Assembly (NCBI GenBank): GCA_964555245.1
Contig: CAZKRI010000051.1
Span: forward strand, 57,755-121,754
Length of the DNA stretch: 64,000 nt
Direction of reading: 5' to 3'
Origin: an uncultured Myxococcales bacterium
GTDB taxonomy: Bacteria; Desulfobacterota; Binatia; UBA1149; SPBQ01
In this document: in pieces, positions 1-9,606 of the stretch
Numbering within the stretch: the stretch's first letter is position 1
Layout: the number at the start of each line of letters is the position of its first letter
Made by a program: the position numbers and the translations under genes
Notes under the pieces: generated by a model
What the model was told of the DNA's origin: nothing
The model's input: the letters and a program-made list of their open reading frames with translations, nothing else
The model's database searches: none

Positions 1-217
1 GCAGGGCAGGCGGCGCGCAGTTGATAGCGCGAATTCACGGGTGTGAGAACCCGGCCTCAGGAAACCCCGGACTTCCCGGGCTTGGGAATTCGACCCGGCT
101 CCATTCCTGACCGTGCGAGTCCGTAGCCGCATTCGCGCTGGTTAGCGGCGGTTTCGGTTTGGCATGACGGATGCTTCGTCAGTGGCGCGTTCGTAGCCGT
201 TCACGGACGCGTCGGCG

Positions 218-1102
218 ATGCGGGATTTTTTGGCCGCCTACTCGATTCAGAACTGGCTCGAGTCCTGTCCCCAAGGTTATCTGGAGGACACCGACTACGG
301 GCACCAGCCCGGTGAACACGAGCCCGACGCGTTGCTCAGCAACCCGGTGCTGCACGAGGAGTCGATCCGCACGACCGTGCAGCTGGTGGTGGGCGAGCGG
401 TGCGCGCTCGCAGCCTCGGCCGGTCTCATCAACGCGACGCCCGAGGAGGCCAGCAAGCGGTTCCTCGCCACCCAAACCCTGGATGAGGCCCGTCATGTGG
501 AGATCTTTACGCAGCGACTCTACGACCTCGGCGTCAAGCCGGAGGCGCTCGACGACACCATCCGCCAGTATGCCAACCCGCATCTGGTGAGTTTCGCAGA
601 AGTCCTGCTCGAGAAGGTCGACAAGAAAGACTTCATTGCCGGCGTGGTTGGCCAGAACATCATCCTGGAGGGCATGGCCTTTTCGGTATTCGAGATGATG
701 CAGGCGATGGCCGCACCGACCAATCCCAAGCTCGCGCACACGTTGAGCGGTACGATCGCGGATGAGCGCAGGCACGTGGGCTTCGGTGAGAATACCATCG
801 GTGATCTGCTGCGCCGACATCCCGAGAGGAAAATCGAGATCGAGAAGATGCAGCGCGAGATGTCCTACCACATGCTTGCGACCTTCGCCGAGGCGTTCCG
901 CGGCAATCCCATGCCGGCGGAGATGAGGCGCGTGGAGGCGGCGATGGGGCTCACCGACCTGCATACCGAGTGGAACGGAACCGATCTGGCGGGGCTAGAG
1001 CCCGAGGAGATGGAGCAGGTCCTGGCCGACTCTGTGCTCAAAGAGTTCAAGGTTCGGCTCGAGCGCATCGGGCTGCGCTACCAAACACCGGCGCGACCCT
1101 GA
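218..1102 (+). CDS. Ferritin-like diiron-carboxylate protein (aldehyde decarbonylase/desaturase/oxygenase-like)
   Basis: E60, D-E90-A-R-H93, E151, D-E183-R-R-H186: the canonical four-helix diiron ligand pattern. Confidence 0.8.
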   Translation: MRDFLAAYSIQNWLESCPQGYLEDTDYGHQPGEHEPDALLSNPVLHEESIRTTVQLVVGERCALAASAGLINATPEEASKRFLATQTLDEARHVEIFTQRLYDLGVKPEALDDTIRQYANPHLVSFAEVLLEKVDKKDFIAGVVGQNIILEGMAFSVFEMMQAMAAPTNPKLAHTLSGTIADERRHVGFGENTIGDLLRRHPERKIEIEKMQREMSYHMLATFAEAFRGNPMPAEMRRVEAAMGLTDLHTEWNGTDLAGLEPEEMEQVLADSVLKEFKVRLERIGLRYQTPARP

Positions 1103-1112
1103 AAGAGCCACC

Positions 1113-1430
1113 ATGCACACGCTGGAGCCCTCGGATCCCTTGCTCGTCGAATCTGCGACAGGTCTGCAGCACGGCACGCGACGGCGATTCTCACTGGAAG
1201 ACAGTGGCTTCAACGAGGTTCCCAGGCGATTTCGGCGCTTCTATCGGCGCTGGGGCGGGGAAGCCGATCTGCTCGCTCCCAACGAGGTCCTCTGTCCGAT
1301 CTGCAAGGTGGTAATTCGCTCCACTCGAGAGCTACGGGCGGGAGATCGGGTCTATTGCATGCCGTGCATGTCGCGACTGGTGGTCGTGCGCACCGCTTCG
1401 GGTCGGCTCGAAGGCCGCCCGATCCACTGA
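1113..1430 (+). CDS. Small protein with C-terminal paired CxxC (zinc-ribbon/rubredoxin-like) domain
   Basis: CPIC-x18-CMPC; starts 10 bp after the diiron gene. Confidence 0.7.
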   Translation: MHTLEPSDPLLVESATGLQHGTRRRFSLEDSGFNEVPRRFRRFYRRWGGEADLLAPNEVLCPICKVVIRSTRELRAGDRVYCMPCMSRLVVVRTASGRLEGRPIH

Positions 1431-1529
1431 GAGTCTGCGTCGATCGATCGGGTGGTCTGGGGCGCCGGCTCGGTTGAATCGCCTCCGGCTGCAGTTGAAA
1501 CGCCTCTGGCTCCGGGCTAGCAAAGCCGC

Positions 1530-1841
1530 GTGCCTCAGCTGAAACCCGGCACCCGGCTGCGCAGCGCGGTTTGCGGCACCGAGGTCATGGTCATCATGGC
1601 CCCGGCGACCGAAGTCGACGTGCGCTGTGGCGGTGCGAGCATGATCGGCGTAGGCGAGCAGCCGCCGGCCGGCGCGCTGCTCGACCCCTCCGCCGCTGAC
1701 GGCACCGCGCTCGGCAAGCGTTACGTCAGCGGATCCCGCGACCTCGAGCTGCTCTGCACCAAACCTGGCAAGGGCGCGCTCAGCGTCGGCGGCGCGCCGC
1801 TCGTGCTCAAGGAAGCCAAGCCGCTGCCCTCCTCCGACTGA
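1530..1841 (+). CDS. Conserved hypothetical small protein (3 Cys, two pseudo-repeats) upstream of CoA ligase
   Basis: GTG start; high-GC3 codon usage; C15/C33/C76; C-terminal KPLPSSD; 3 bp before next gene. Confidence 0.75.
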   Translation: MPQLKPGTRLRSAVCGTEVMVIMAPATEVDVRCGGASMIGVGEQPPAGALLDPSAADGTALGKRYVSGSRDLELLCTKPGKGALSVGGAPLVLKEAKPLPSSD

Positions 1842-1844
1842 CCC

Positions 1845-3350
1845 ATGAACATCATGATGCTGCTCGAGATGGCCGCCGAGGGCTTCGGCGCGCGTGTCGC
1901 CGTGCAGCACGGAGCAGCCAAGCTGACCTACGCGGAGCTTTTCCAGGCAGCGGGGGTGGCGGCTGAGCACCTGCGCGCCAGCGGCGCCGCGCACATGGTG
2001 GTGCTGGACGTGAGTAGCCCGGCCGTTCCGGTCGGCTTGTTCGCGGGCGCCTGGGCCGGCGTTCCGTACGTACCTCTCAACTACCGATTGACCGGAGCCG
2101 AGCTGGACGCGTTGCTCGAGCGGGTCAAGCCGTTTTATCTCGTGACCGACAGCGAGCGCGCCGCGTCGCTCGGCCGATACGGCGGGCAGACGATCGTCGA
2201 GCGCGAGCGATTCCTCGAACGGTCTCGGCAGTCGGCGCCAACGCCCACCGAGTGGCCGATGGACGGTGAGGGAATCGCCGTCCTACTCTTCACCAGCGGC
2301 ACCACCGGCGCGCCCAAGGCCGCCGTCCTGCGTCATCGGCACCTGGTTTCCTACATCCTCGGCTCGATCGAGTTCGGTTCGGCCGCCGAGGATGAGGCGG
2401 TGCTGGTGAGCGTGCCGCCCTACCACATCGCCGGGATGGCGGCGATTCTGAGCTCGGTCTACTCGGGCCGCCGCATCGTTCAGCTCTCCAGTTTCACGCC
2501 GGAGGCCTGGCTAGATCTGGTGCGCCGCGAACGCGTCACACACGCGTTCGTTGTGCCCACCATGCTTGCGCGGATCGTCGAGACGCTGGGAAAGGAGAGG
2601 GACGCCGCCCTGCCGAAGCTGCGCGCGCTGGCTTACGGCGGCGGCAAGATGCCGCAGCCGGTGATCGAGAAGGCCATGCGGCTCTTTCCGCAGACGGACT
2701 TCACCAACGCCTACGGATTGACCGAAACCAGCTCGACCATCGCCGTGCTCGGGCCCGAAGACCACCGAGCGGCCGCCGCAAGCAACGACCCGGCCGTGCG
2801 CCGTCGGCTAGTGTCCGTCGGCAAGCCGCTGCCCAGCGTGGAAGTCGAGGTGCGCGACGAACAGGGAAGAAGACTCGCACACGGTCAGTCCGGCGAGATT
2901 TATGTCCGTGGCGAACAGGTCTCGGGAGAGTACCTGGGGCGCGGCAGCTCGATTGGTCCCGACGGCTGGTTTCCCACGCGGGACGGTGGATGGATGGATG
3001 AGGAGGGCTACCTGTTCCTGGAGGGGCGGATTGACGACGTCATCGTGCGCGGCGGCGAGAACCTCTCTCCCGGCGAGATCGAAGACACGCTGCTCGAGCA
3101 CGAGGCGGTGGCCGACTGCGCCGTGGTCGGCGTGCCGGACGTCGAGTGGGGAGAAGCCGTGGCCGCCGTGATCGTGGCCAAGCCCGGCTGCACCGTGAGC
3201 GCCGACACTCTGCAAGCCCACGTCAAGAACCGGCTGCGCTCCTCGCGTGTCCCCGCGCGTATCGAGTTCTGGGAGGAGCTTCCCTACAACGAGACCGGCA
3301 AGCTCCTGCGCCGCAAGGTCAAGGCTGCGCTCAGCGGAGGTGCGCCGTAG
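1845..3350 (+). CDS. Acyl-CoA synthetase / AMP-binding (class I adenylate-forming) enzyme
   Basis: FTSGTTGAPK, YGLTET, GENLSP and ETGKLLRR motifs. Confidence 0.92.
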   Translation: MNIMMLLEMAAEGFGARVAVQHGAAKLTYAELFQAAGVAAEHLRASGAAHMVVLDVSSPAVPVGLFAGAWAGVPYVPLNYRLTGAELDALLERVKPFYLVTDSERAASLGRYGGQTIVERERFLERSRQSAPTPTEWPMDGEGIAVLLFTSGTTGAPKAAVLRHRHLVSYILGSIEFGSAAEDEAVLVSVPPYHIAGMAAILSSVYSGRRIVQLSSFTPEAWLDLVRRERVTHAFVVPTMLARIVETLGKERDAALPKLRALAYGGGKMPQPVIEKAMRLFPQTDFTNAYGLTETSSTIAVLGPEDHRAAAASNDPAVRRRLVSVGKPLPSVEVEVRDEQGRRLAHGQSGEIYVRGEQVSGEYLGRGSSIGPDGWFPTRDGGWMDEEGYLFLEGRIDDVIVRGGENLSPGEIEDTLLEHEAVADCAVVGVPDVEWGEAVAAVIVAKPGCTVSADTLQAHVKNRLRSSRVPARIEFWEELPYNETGKLLRRKVKAALSGGAP

Positions 3351-4387
3351 TCCAGGTCGGACACAGCGAGGTTCTGAGTCTCTCGGTTGCGGCCGATCGG
3401 CTTCGCGATCCTGCCGTTCTCGAAGCGTACTCACCCCTGTTCGGTCGATCGCCCTTGGTCGTCGACTTGAGGTCAGCCGATGCGTCCGACCGCGCTGCGA
3501 TCGACTGGCTCGTGGCGGTCGTGTCCGAGCTACCGTGTCCTTCGATAGCGCTGATCTCCAAAGCACCGGCAGCAGGTGTGGCAGCGTTGAGGCGCGCCTT
3601 CGACATCATGGTCGAGAGCGAGGACGACCTTGGCAACGTGGTGACGGGGATCGAGCGCAACCCGCTGGCCTCGGCCGCTCTGGCTCAACTGCTCCGCGGC
3701 AGCGAGCAGCGCGACATTCGGGATGGCTTGCTCGTGGAGTCCTCAGTCTACGCGACGCTGCAGGCCGGACCCGAGCATGCAGCCTGGCTTGCCGGACGTT
3801 CGCCTTCCAAACCCGTGGTGCCGCCGAGCGAACCGGCCGTCTTGGTCGAGCGCGACGGCCCCAGGCTGACCCTGAGCCTCAACCGGCCGGCGACTCACAA
3901 TGCGTACAGCACCGGGATGCGAGACGCCCTGGTCGAAGGTCTCCGGCTGGCCCAGGCCGACGCTTCGATCGACGAGATCCTGCTCATGGGCCGCGGCCCC
4001 TCGTTCTGCAGCGGCGGCGACTTGGGCGAGTTCGGCACACGCCCGGATCCAGCCACGGCGCATGCGGTGCGCAGTGCGCGCAATGCCGCCCGTCTGCTCG
4101 CGGCCTGCGCGGATCGGTTGCGCGCCGACGTGCACGGGGCGTGCATCGGGGCGGGAGTCGAGCTGGCCGCGTTTGCCAGATCGGTGCGCGCGCGGGCCGA
4201 TGCGTTTTTCCAACTCCCCGAAGTCGCGATGGGTCTCATCCCCGGAGCCGGCGGCACCTTGAGCATCCCGCGGCGGATTGGCCGGCAACGTACCGCCTAT
4301 CTGGCACTCGCTGGCGTGCGCATCGACGCGACCACGGCGCTGGCCTGGGGATTGATCGACGACATTGCGGGCGGCGCCCGCATGTGA
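3347..4387 (+). CDS. Enoyl-CoA hydratase/isomerase family protein with N-terminal extension (start uncertain)
   Basis: LNRPATHNA, FCSGGDL, GAGVELA and LPEVAMGLIPGAGGT crotonase motifs; the ORF-track N-terminus overlapping the ligase is probably spurious. Confidence 0.8.
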   Translation, partial: VVQVGHSEVLSLSVAADRLRDPAVLEAYSPLFGRSPLVVDLRSADASDRAAIDWLVAVVSELPCPSIALISKAPAAGVAALRRAFDIMVESEDDLGNVVTGIERNPLASAALAQLLRGSEQRDIRDGLLVESSVYATLQAGPEHAAWLAGRSPSKPVVPPSEPAVLVERDGPRLTLSLNRPATHNAYSTGMRDALVEGLRLAQADASIDEILLMGRGPSFCSGGDLGEFGTRPDPATAHAVRSARNAARLLAACADRLRADVHGACIGAGVELAAFARSVRARADAFFQLPEVAMGLIPGAGGTLSIPRRIGRQRTAYLALAGVRIDATTALAWGLIDDIAGGARM

Positions 4388-5160
4388 AGTGCTTTCTAGT
4401 TATCGCCGCGCCGCCCGGCGACACCTCCGCGCGCAACCGGGTGCGGCAGGATCATAGCAATCGACAGCGGCGGTCATGGGTTTCTAGCGGCACCAGTTGC
4501 TCTGCAAGCTTGCGCGCATGTGGCAGGACCCGCACTCGCTAAGTCACATTCGTGCGGCTCATGAGGATGCCTTGCTGGTCGAGTGTAGCGCCTCAAGGCC
4601 ACCCCCAGCGTTAAGCGACTCGTTCAACTAGCCCGTAGCAAGGGGGGTCCTGAAGAAACGGAGTGCGTGAGGTCGGCTTTACCCGATCTTTCCTTCGGCG
4701 GGTGACCGAGCTACGTCTCACGCAGCTTCCCGTACAGCGGATCGATTACCGAGTGCTCGGCAGCGAGAGCTCGAGGATGGCGACGAGGAGCAGCACGAGC
4801 TCGAAGAGCCCGATGAGCGGCAGCGCCAGCTGGAATCGCCGAGCGAACGTCAACACGAGCTCGAGTCTTCCACCGCGCCACAGCAGCCCGGCTACGAGGT
4901 CGACCTTCCCAGGTCTGGCAACCACGCGACCCCCGGTTGTCAGATCTGGGAAGCGCAACGGCCGGTGCGTCGAGCCATTCTCTGCCCGCCCGGCAGAAAG
5001 ACTGCACCACCCGCGTTGCGTCCGGCGGCGACGGTGCCGGCCACCGCCGTCAGATGGCACGGCAACTGCTGGAGCATTGCAGTCCCGGGGCACCCACAGC
5101 GGCTGCCCGCCGGCGTCCGAGGGAATCGCGGGAGCCAGGTAGCGAAGTAGCCAAGTAGTC

Positions 5161-7707
5161 ATGTACCGACTCGTCATCCGGCTGCGTATACCGATCCTCG
5201 TCGTATCGGTTCTCATCACCGCGTTCTTCGCCCGCCAGATTCCCAACCTGCGCTTCGAGCCGGACGCCGAGGCCTACGTGCCGGAGAACCACCCAGTGCG
5301 CGTCTTCTGGCGAGAAGCCAAGGACCGTTTCGGTCTGGGACGCGAGATTCTCGTCGCCGTCGAGGCGAGCGGACCCGAGGGCGTGTTCACGCCGACGATC
5401 CTCGGCGGGCTTTCGGCTCTGACCGACGCGCTCGCACAGGTGGAAGGAGTCGACGCATCCCAGGTGCGCAGCCTATCGACGGCCGAAGCGATGCTCGGGA
5501 CCGACGAGGGTTTGGACATCCAGAGATTCTTCGAGCAACCGCCGGCCTCGCTGCGCGAGGCTCGTGAGGTCCGAAAGCGGGTCTTCCAGAACCCTGTGTT
5601 TCTCGACCGTTTAGTGTCGCGTGACGGCAGCATCGCGGCGATTTTCCTCAAGTCAGAGCTAGCCGAAGAAGCCGGCCCGCAGGTCTACGCACGGGTAGCG
5701 GACGTCGTCGAGGGCCACACGATAGAAGGAGCGCGCGTCCTGATCGCCGGGATGCCGGCCATCGAGTACGTCTATGGGCGTCAGATGGCCGCCGATCTGC
5801 AACGGCTGATTCCGCTCGCGCTCGCCGCCGTGGTCGCGATCCTGTACGCGTGCTTCCCGACCGTGCCGCTGCGCTCGGTCGCCTTACGCTGCGCGGTGAT
5901 CTTCGCTGGTCTGCTCGCGTGGCAGGCGTACCAGGGTACGTCGTGGCCGCTCGCGACCGTGCTGCTCGCCAGCGTCATCACCGGGCTGCTCAGCGTCGGC
6001 TGCGTGTTCTTTCCCGCAGCGGTGGTCGCGATGTCGGTGGTCTGGACTTGGGGTTTGCAGGCGATGCTCGACCTGCCGGTCTACATCGCGGGCACGTTGG
6101 TGCCACCGCTTCTGCTCGCAATCGGCTGCGCGGATGCGATCCACATCACCGAAGGCTATCACGCACGAATGCGATCCCCGGGCGCCGACAAGACTGGAGC
6201 CGTCGTTGCGGCGATGCAGGAAGCATGGCTGCCGGTGGTGCTGACCTCGCTTACCAACGCGGCCGGATTCGGATCCCTGATCTTCGGCAGTATGGCGGTC
6301 TATCGGGTCTTTGGCCTGACCGCCGCGTTCGGATTGCTCGTCGCCATGGTGCTTTCCGTGACGTTTCTGCCGGCGGGGCTCTCCCTCCTGCCGGTGCCGC
6401 GCGCTGGCCTGCAGCGGCCGGGATCGTCCGGCTTGACGCGATTCTTGGTCCGCATGGCCGAGCGGCTCGAAGCCCGCCGCATGCTGGTGCTCGGCTGCAC
6501 GACCGCGGTCGTCGCGGTGTTCGGCTACTACGCCGCCTCGTTGAAAATCGACTACTCCTGGGTAGAGAGCTTGGCGCCGGACACGCCCGTGCTGGAGGCC
6601 GACCGGGTCCTGCGCACCCGCCATGGAGGAACGACGCCGTTGAACGTCATCGTGCGAGCACCGGCAGCCGACGGCATCAAGGATCCCAATCTGCTGCGCG
6701 CGATCGATCGCGTGCTGACCTCGATCGCCGAGCATCCAGCGGTAGGCGATACGCGCTCGATCGCGGAATACATCAAGCGCATGAACCAGGCGATGAACGA
6801 GGACCGGGAAGATGCCTTCCGGATCCCCGACAGCCGCGAACTGGTCGCCCAGTATCTTCTGCTCTACTCGATGTCGGGTGACCCGACCGAGTACGATGAC
6901 TTGACCGACTACGACTACCAGGCCGCCAATCTCTCGATTCTGCTGCGTACCGATCGACTCTCGGTCATCCACGAGGTCGACGAGCAGCTCTCCGGCCTGC
7001 TCGACGCGAACCTGTCTCCACTCGGCGCCAGCGCGACGATTACCGGCTCGGCGAACGTGCTGGAAACGATCCTCGATATGGTGGTCGACAGTCAGATCGG
7101 GTCGTTGGGGTCGGCGACGGCCATGGTCGGGATCTTCCTGTGGATCTTCTTTCGTTCGCTGCGCGACGCGATGATCTGCCTGCTACCGATGCTGGTGACG
7201 GCGGTCGTCAACTTCGGCGGGATGACGATGCTCGGAATCCCGCTGGGTCCGGACAAGGCGATGATCGGCGCGATCGCGCTCGGCCTGGGTATCGATTACT
7301 CGATCCACCTGATGTCGCGCTTCCACCGCACGCTCGCCGCTGGCATGACCGTCAATCAAGGAGTAGTCGAGGCGATGCGGAGCATCGGCAGGGCGATCCT
7401 CTTCAACGGCGCCGTCGTGGTCGCGGGCTTCTTGGTGCTCGGCACCTCGGCGACACCGAGCAATGCGACGTTCGGTCTGATGATCGCCAGTAACATCGTA
7501 CTGGCGTGTGTGACCGCAATAGCGGTGGTGCCGGCCGCGCTTGCCGTGGTCGGACACGTCGTGCTACGCCGGGCGCAACGCCGGCCGGTACGTATCGCCG
7601 GCCGTCTGTTCGACGCGAGCACCGCGCGCGCCCTCGGCGTCGGCGGCGATCCAGCGATGACGACACGCGGTGAATCCGCGGCGGAGCCATTGGAAGTCGG
7701 CTCGTAG
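5161..7707 (+). CDS. MMPL/RND family transporter
   Basis: Two TM blocks with IGCADAIH and LGIDYSIH motifs plus periplasmic loops; 848 aa. Confidence 0.9.
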   Translation: MYRLVIRLRIPILVVSVLITAFFARQIPNLRFEPDAEAYVPENHPVRVFWREAKDRFGLGREILVAVEASGPEGVFTPTILGGLSALTDALAQVEGVDASQVRSLSTAEAMLGTDEGLDIQRFFEQPPASLREAREVRKRVFQNPVFLDRLVSRDGSIAAIFLKSELAEEAGPQVYARVADVVEGHTIEGARVLIAGMPAIEYVYGRQMAADLQRLIPLALAAVVAILYACFPTVPLRSVALRCAVIFAGLLAWQAYQGTSWPLATVLLASVITGLLSVGCVFFPAAVVAMSVVWTWGLQAMLDLPVYIAGTLVPPLLLAIGCADAIHITEGYHARMRSPGADKTGAVVAAMQEAWLPVVLTSLTNAAGFGSLIFGSMAVYRVFGLTAAFGLLVAMVLSVTFLPAGLSLLPVPRAGLQRPGSSGLTRFLVRMAERLEARRMLVLGCTTAVVAVFGYYAASLKIDYSWVESLAPDTPVLEADRVLRTRHGGTTPLNVIVRAPAADGIKDPNLLRAIDRVLTSIAEHPAVGDTRSIAEYIKRMNQAMNEDREDAFRIPDSRELVAQYLLLYSMSGDPTEYDDLTDYDYQAANLSILLRTDRLSVIHEVDEQLSGLLDANLSPLGASATITGSANVLETILDMVVDSQIGSLGSATAMVGIFLWIFFRSLRDAMICLLPMLVTAVVNFGGMTMLGIPLGPDKAMIGAIALGLGIDYSIHLMSRFHRTLAAGMTVNQGVVEAMRSIGRAILFNGAVVVAGFLVLGTSATPSNATFGLMIASNIVLACVTAIAVVPAALAVVGHVVLRRAQRRPVRIAGRLFDASTARALGVGGDPAMTTRGESAAEPLEVGS

Positions 7708-7715
7708 GATGACGG

Positions 7716-8014
7716 TCACCACCGCAGCTCTGTTCCCGGCCGCAACCAGGAGTTTCCATCCTTCCATTCGTGCTCGAGGACGAAGCTCAGCACACGTTGC
7801 TTTTCGAAAGCGTGGACCGGCCGATCTAGCGGCTCGGCATCGTTGCTGCGGCAGCGGTACATAACCACAGTGGCGGCCTGCACCGGTGTCCCGAGCAGCG
7901 GAACGGTGACCGAAAAGCCCGGTTGGATCCGATCGTCGGCGAGCGCATGCGTGCCGAAGGCGCCAATCGCAAGGGCGCAAGCACTGGCCAACAATGCCGT
8001 CTGCTTCGATTCAC
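7716..8014 (-). CDS. Small putative secreted protein (probable frameshift near its start)
   Basis: Signal-like KQTALLASACALAIGAFGTHALA; a GTG overlapping the porin stop (GTGA) would be in frame if one extra A were present. Confidence 0.35.
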
Positions 8015-9363
8015 AGATCTACTTTGGCACGGAGCCCGAGCACGAGTGCGGTGTCCACGTTTTGCAGCAGCGGCTCGAGAATCTGGAGATCGGGCGTCAG
8101 GTGCAGCCAGGGCATGATCTCGAAGTTGTAGTACATTTCGATGCCCCACACTTTGTCGTTGAACTCGATGAGCGGAGCTTCGATCTCGTCGGAGATCGTG
8201 GTCATGAACCCCGCGACACCGTAAGTATCGTCACGGCGCAGATCCGCGAGACCGCGCCCGCCGAGCCCGAGCGCGAAGTAGAACCTTCCGGGGTTGACGT
8301 CACCGTTGGCGAAGGCGAGGCGGCCGAACACGCCGAAGCCTTCCAGTTGCTCACTGTTGGCGTCGTAGCCTTTGGCGGCGGAATCTTGTCCCTCGCGCAC
8401 GAGCAGGTACTGGTGAGCGTTGTAGCTCACCACCCAGGCCTGGTCTCCATCCGGATCGCGGCCCGGCAGAATCAGCGCCGGAAGATCGCCGAGCTGGATG
8501 AACTCCCGCGTGTTGTAGTTGAAGCCGAAGTTCTGGCTGCCGGGTAGGTCGAAGAACCGCGTCGGCACGTGATACTCCGCCGCGACGTACTGCTGGTCGA
8601 AAAAATCGTGGTCGAAGCCCGAACCGTCGGGGTGCACCTGCGGATCGGCGACGACGACGCTCAAGATGCCGGGATGGTCGGTGAGCGGATTGGGCGTGAC
8701 GAACAACGCGCCGAGGCCCATCAGCACGTACGGGGTCGTGAGTGCGCTTTGCGGGCTGAACGTGAGCCGCGGGTTCAAGAACTGCGTACGCCCGCGGCCC
8801 GCCGCGAAGTGGTTGCCGTCACCGTCGGCGGTGTCGAAGCGGCCGACGAACACGCCGGCCCATTCGGCCAGGAACTGCGTGAACATCAGCTTTGAGATGA
8901 CGACCGTGTTGTCGTCGAGGTCGGGAAACAGACCGACCATGTTGGCGCCGAGCACAGATCCGGTCTTTTGGTTGATCGACTCGCCGAAGCTCTTCTCGAC
9001 GCGCAGGTCGAGGAAGCCGCCCGGCCACAGCCCAGCCTTCTGTGAGTCGAAATGCGCCTCGAGGTAGATCGATCCGTCGTTGTCCGTGTCGCCGTCGGTG
9101 CCGCCCTCGGCAATACCTTGCACGATGTCTACGACGTCGATGCCGAACGTGAGCCCCTTGTCCGCCAGCCTCCGACGCGCGCCGAACCAGTCGCCCGTGA
9201 GCGGCGGCCGCCCCCAGCGCGGACCCGCGAGCGGGCCGTCGCCCAGATTCGAGGCGGCAAGGATGTTCGCCTCGGTGGCATCGTCGGCGTGTGCAGCGAA
9301 GGAGCTCGACAGGATCAACGCAGCAGCCACGATCGAGAACGAACGAACGAACTGGAAACGCAT
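8011..9363 (-). CDS. Carbohydrate-selective porin (OprB family)
   Basis: Signal peptide MRFQFVRSF...AHA, LTGDWFGARRRLADKGLTF, EMYYNF...LTPDLQ, C-terminal beta strand GLRAKVDL. Confidence 0.85.
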   Translation of the reverse strand: MRFQFVRSFSIVAAALILSSSFAAHADDATEANILAASNLGDGPLAGPRWGRPPLTGDWFGARRRLADKGLTFGIDVVDIVQGIAEGGTDGDTDNDGSIYLEAHFDSQKAGLWPGGFLDLRVEKSFGESINQKTGSVLGANMVGLFPDLDDNTVVISKLMFTQFLAEWAGVFVGRFDTADGDGNHFAAGRGRTQFLNPRLTFSPQSALTTPYVLMGLGALFVTPNPLTDHPGILSVVVADPQVHPDGSGFDHDFFDQQYVAAEYHVPTRFFDLPGSQNFGFNYNTREFIQLGDLPALILPGRDPDGDQAWVVSYNAHQYLLVREGQDSAAKGYDANSEQLEGFGVFGRLAFANGDVNPGRFYFALGLGGRGLADLRRDDTYGVAGFMTTISDEIEAPLIEFNDKVWGIEMYYNFEIMPWLHLTPDLQILEPLLQNVDTALVLGLRAKVDL

Positions 9364-9476
9364 CTGGAGGCTCCCCTGGGATTGCGTGACGCGGCCGTCG
9401 GGCTCGGCGATCGCGTCGACTAGATAGACCGGAGTGGTTCCGACAGTCGAGCTACGCGACACCTGCAACGATAGAA

Positions 9477-9517
9477 TGGCCGGAGTTGACAACAAAATGG
9501 CTCTGCCGGACAAGGCG
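9477..9517. promoter_or_regulatory. Putative AraC-family operator, copy 1
   Basis: 33/41 nt identical to 11866-11906; AATGGC repeated at 21-bp spacing; lies between divergent genes. Confidence 0.6.
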
Positions 9518-9606
9518 GTGCTTGCGCTTCGTTAGTATATGTAAGGACGCTGTGCGGCGGCCGAGGGCGTGCATGTCCGCGCGACGAGCGGAGGGCTTCT
9601 GAGGAC

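Noticed and set aside
164-220. Upstream in-frame ATG (MTDASSVARS*PFTDASAM) separated from the diiron ORF by TAG; together with the aqpZ TAG this could suggest amber recoding or pyrrolysine
   Set aside because: TAG ends several intact genes here (CoA ligase, MMPL, hemE fusion), no pyl genes or suppressor tRNA are seen, and the aqpZ case is one substitution from GAG
1113-1430. LysW-type amino-group carrier
   Set aside because: Lacks the acidic C-terminal EDWGE motif, and no LysX/ArgX genes are nearby
3146-3346. Long N-terminus of the crotonase ORF
   Set aside because: Overlaps the CoA ligase in another frame and reads as Arg-rich shadow sequence
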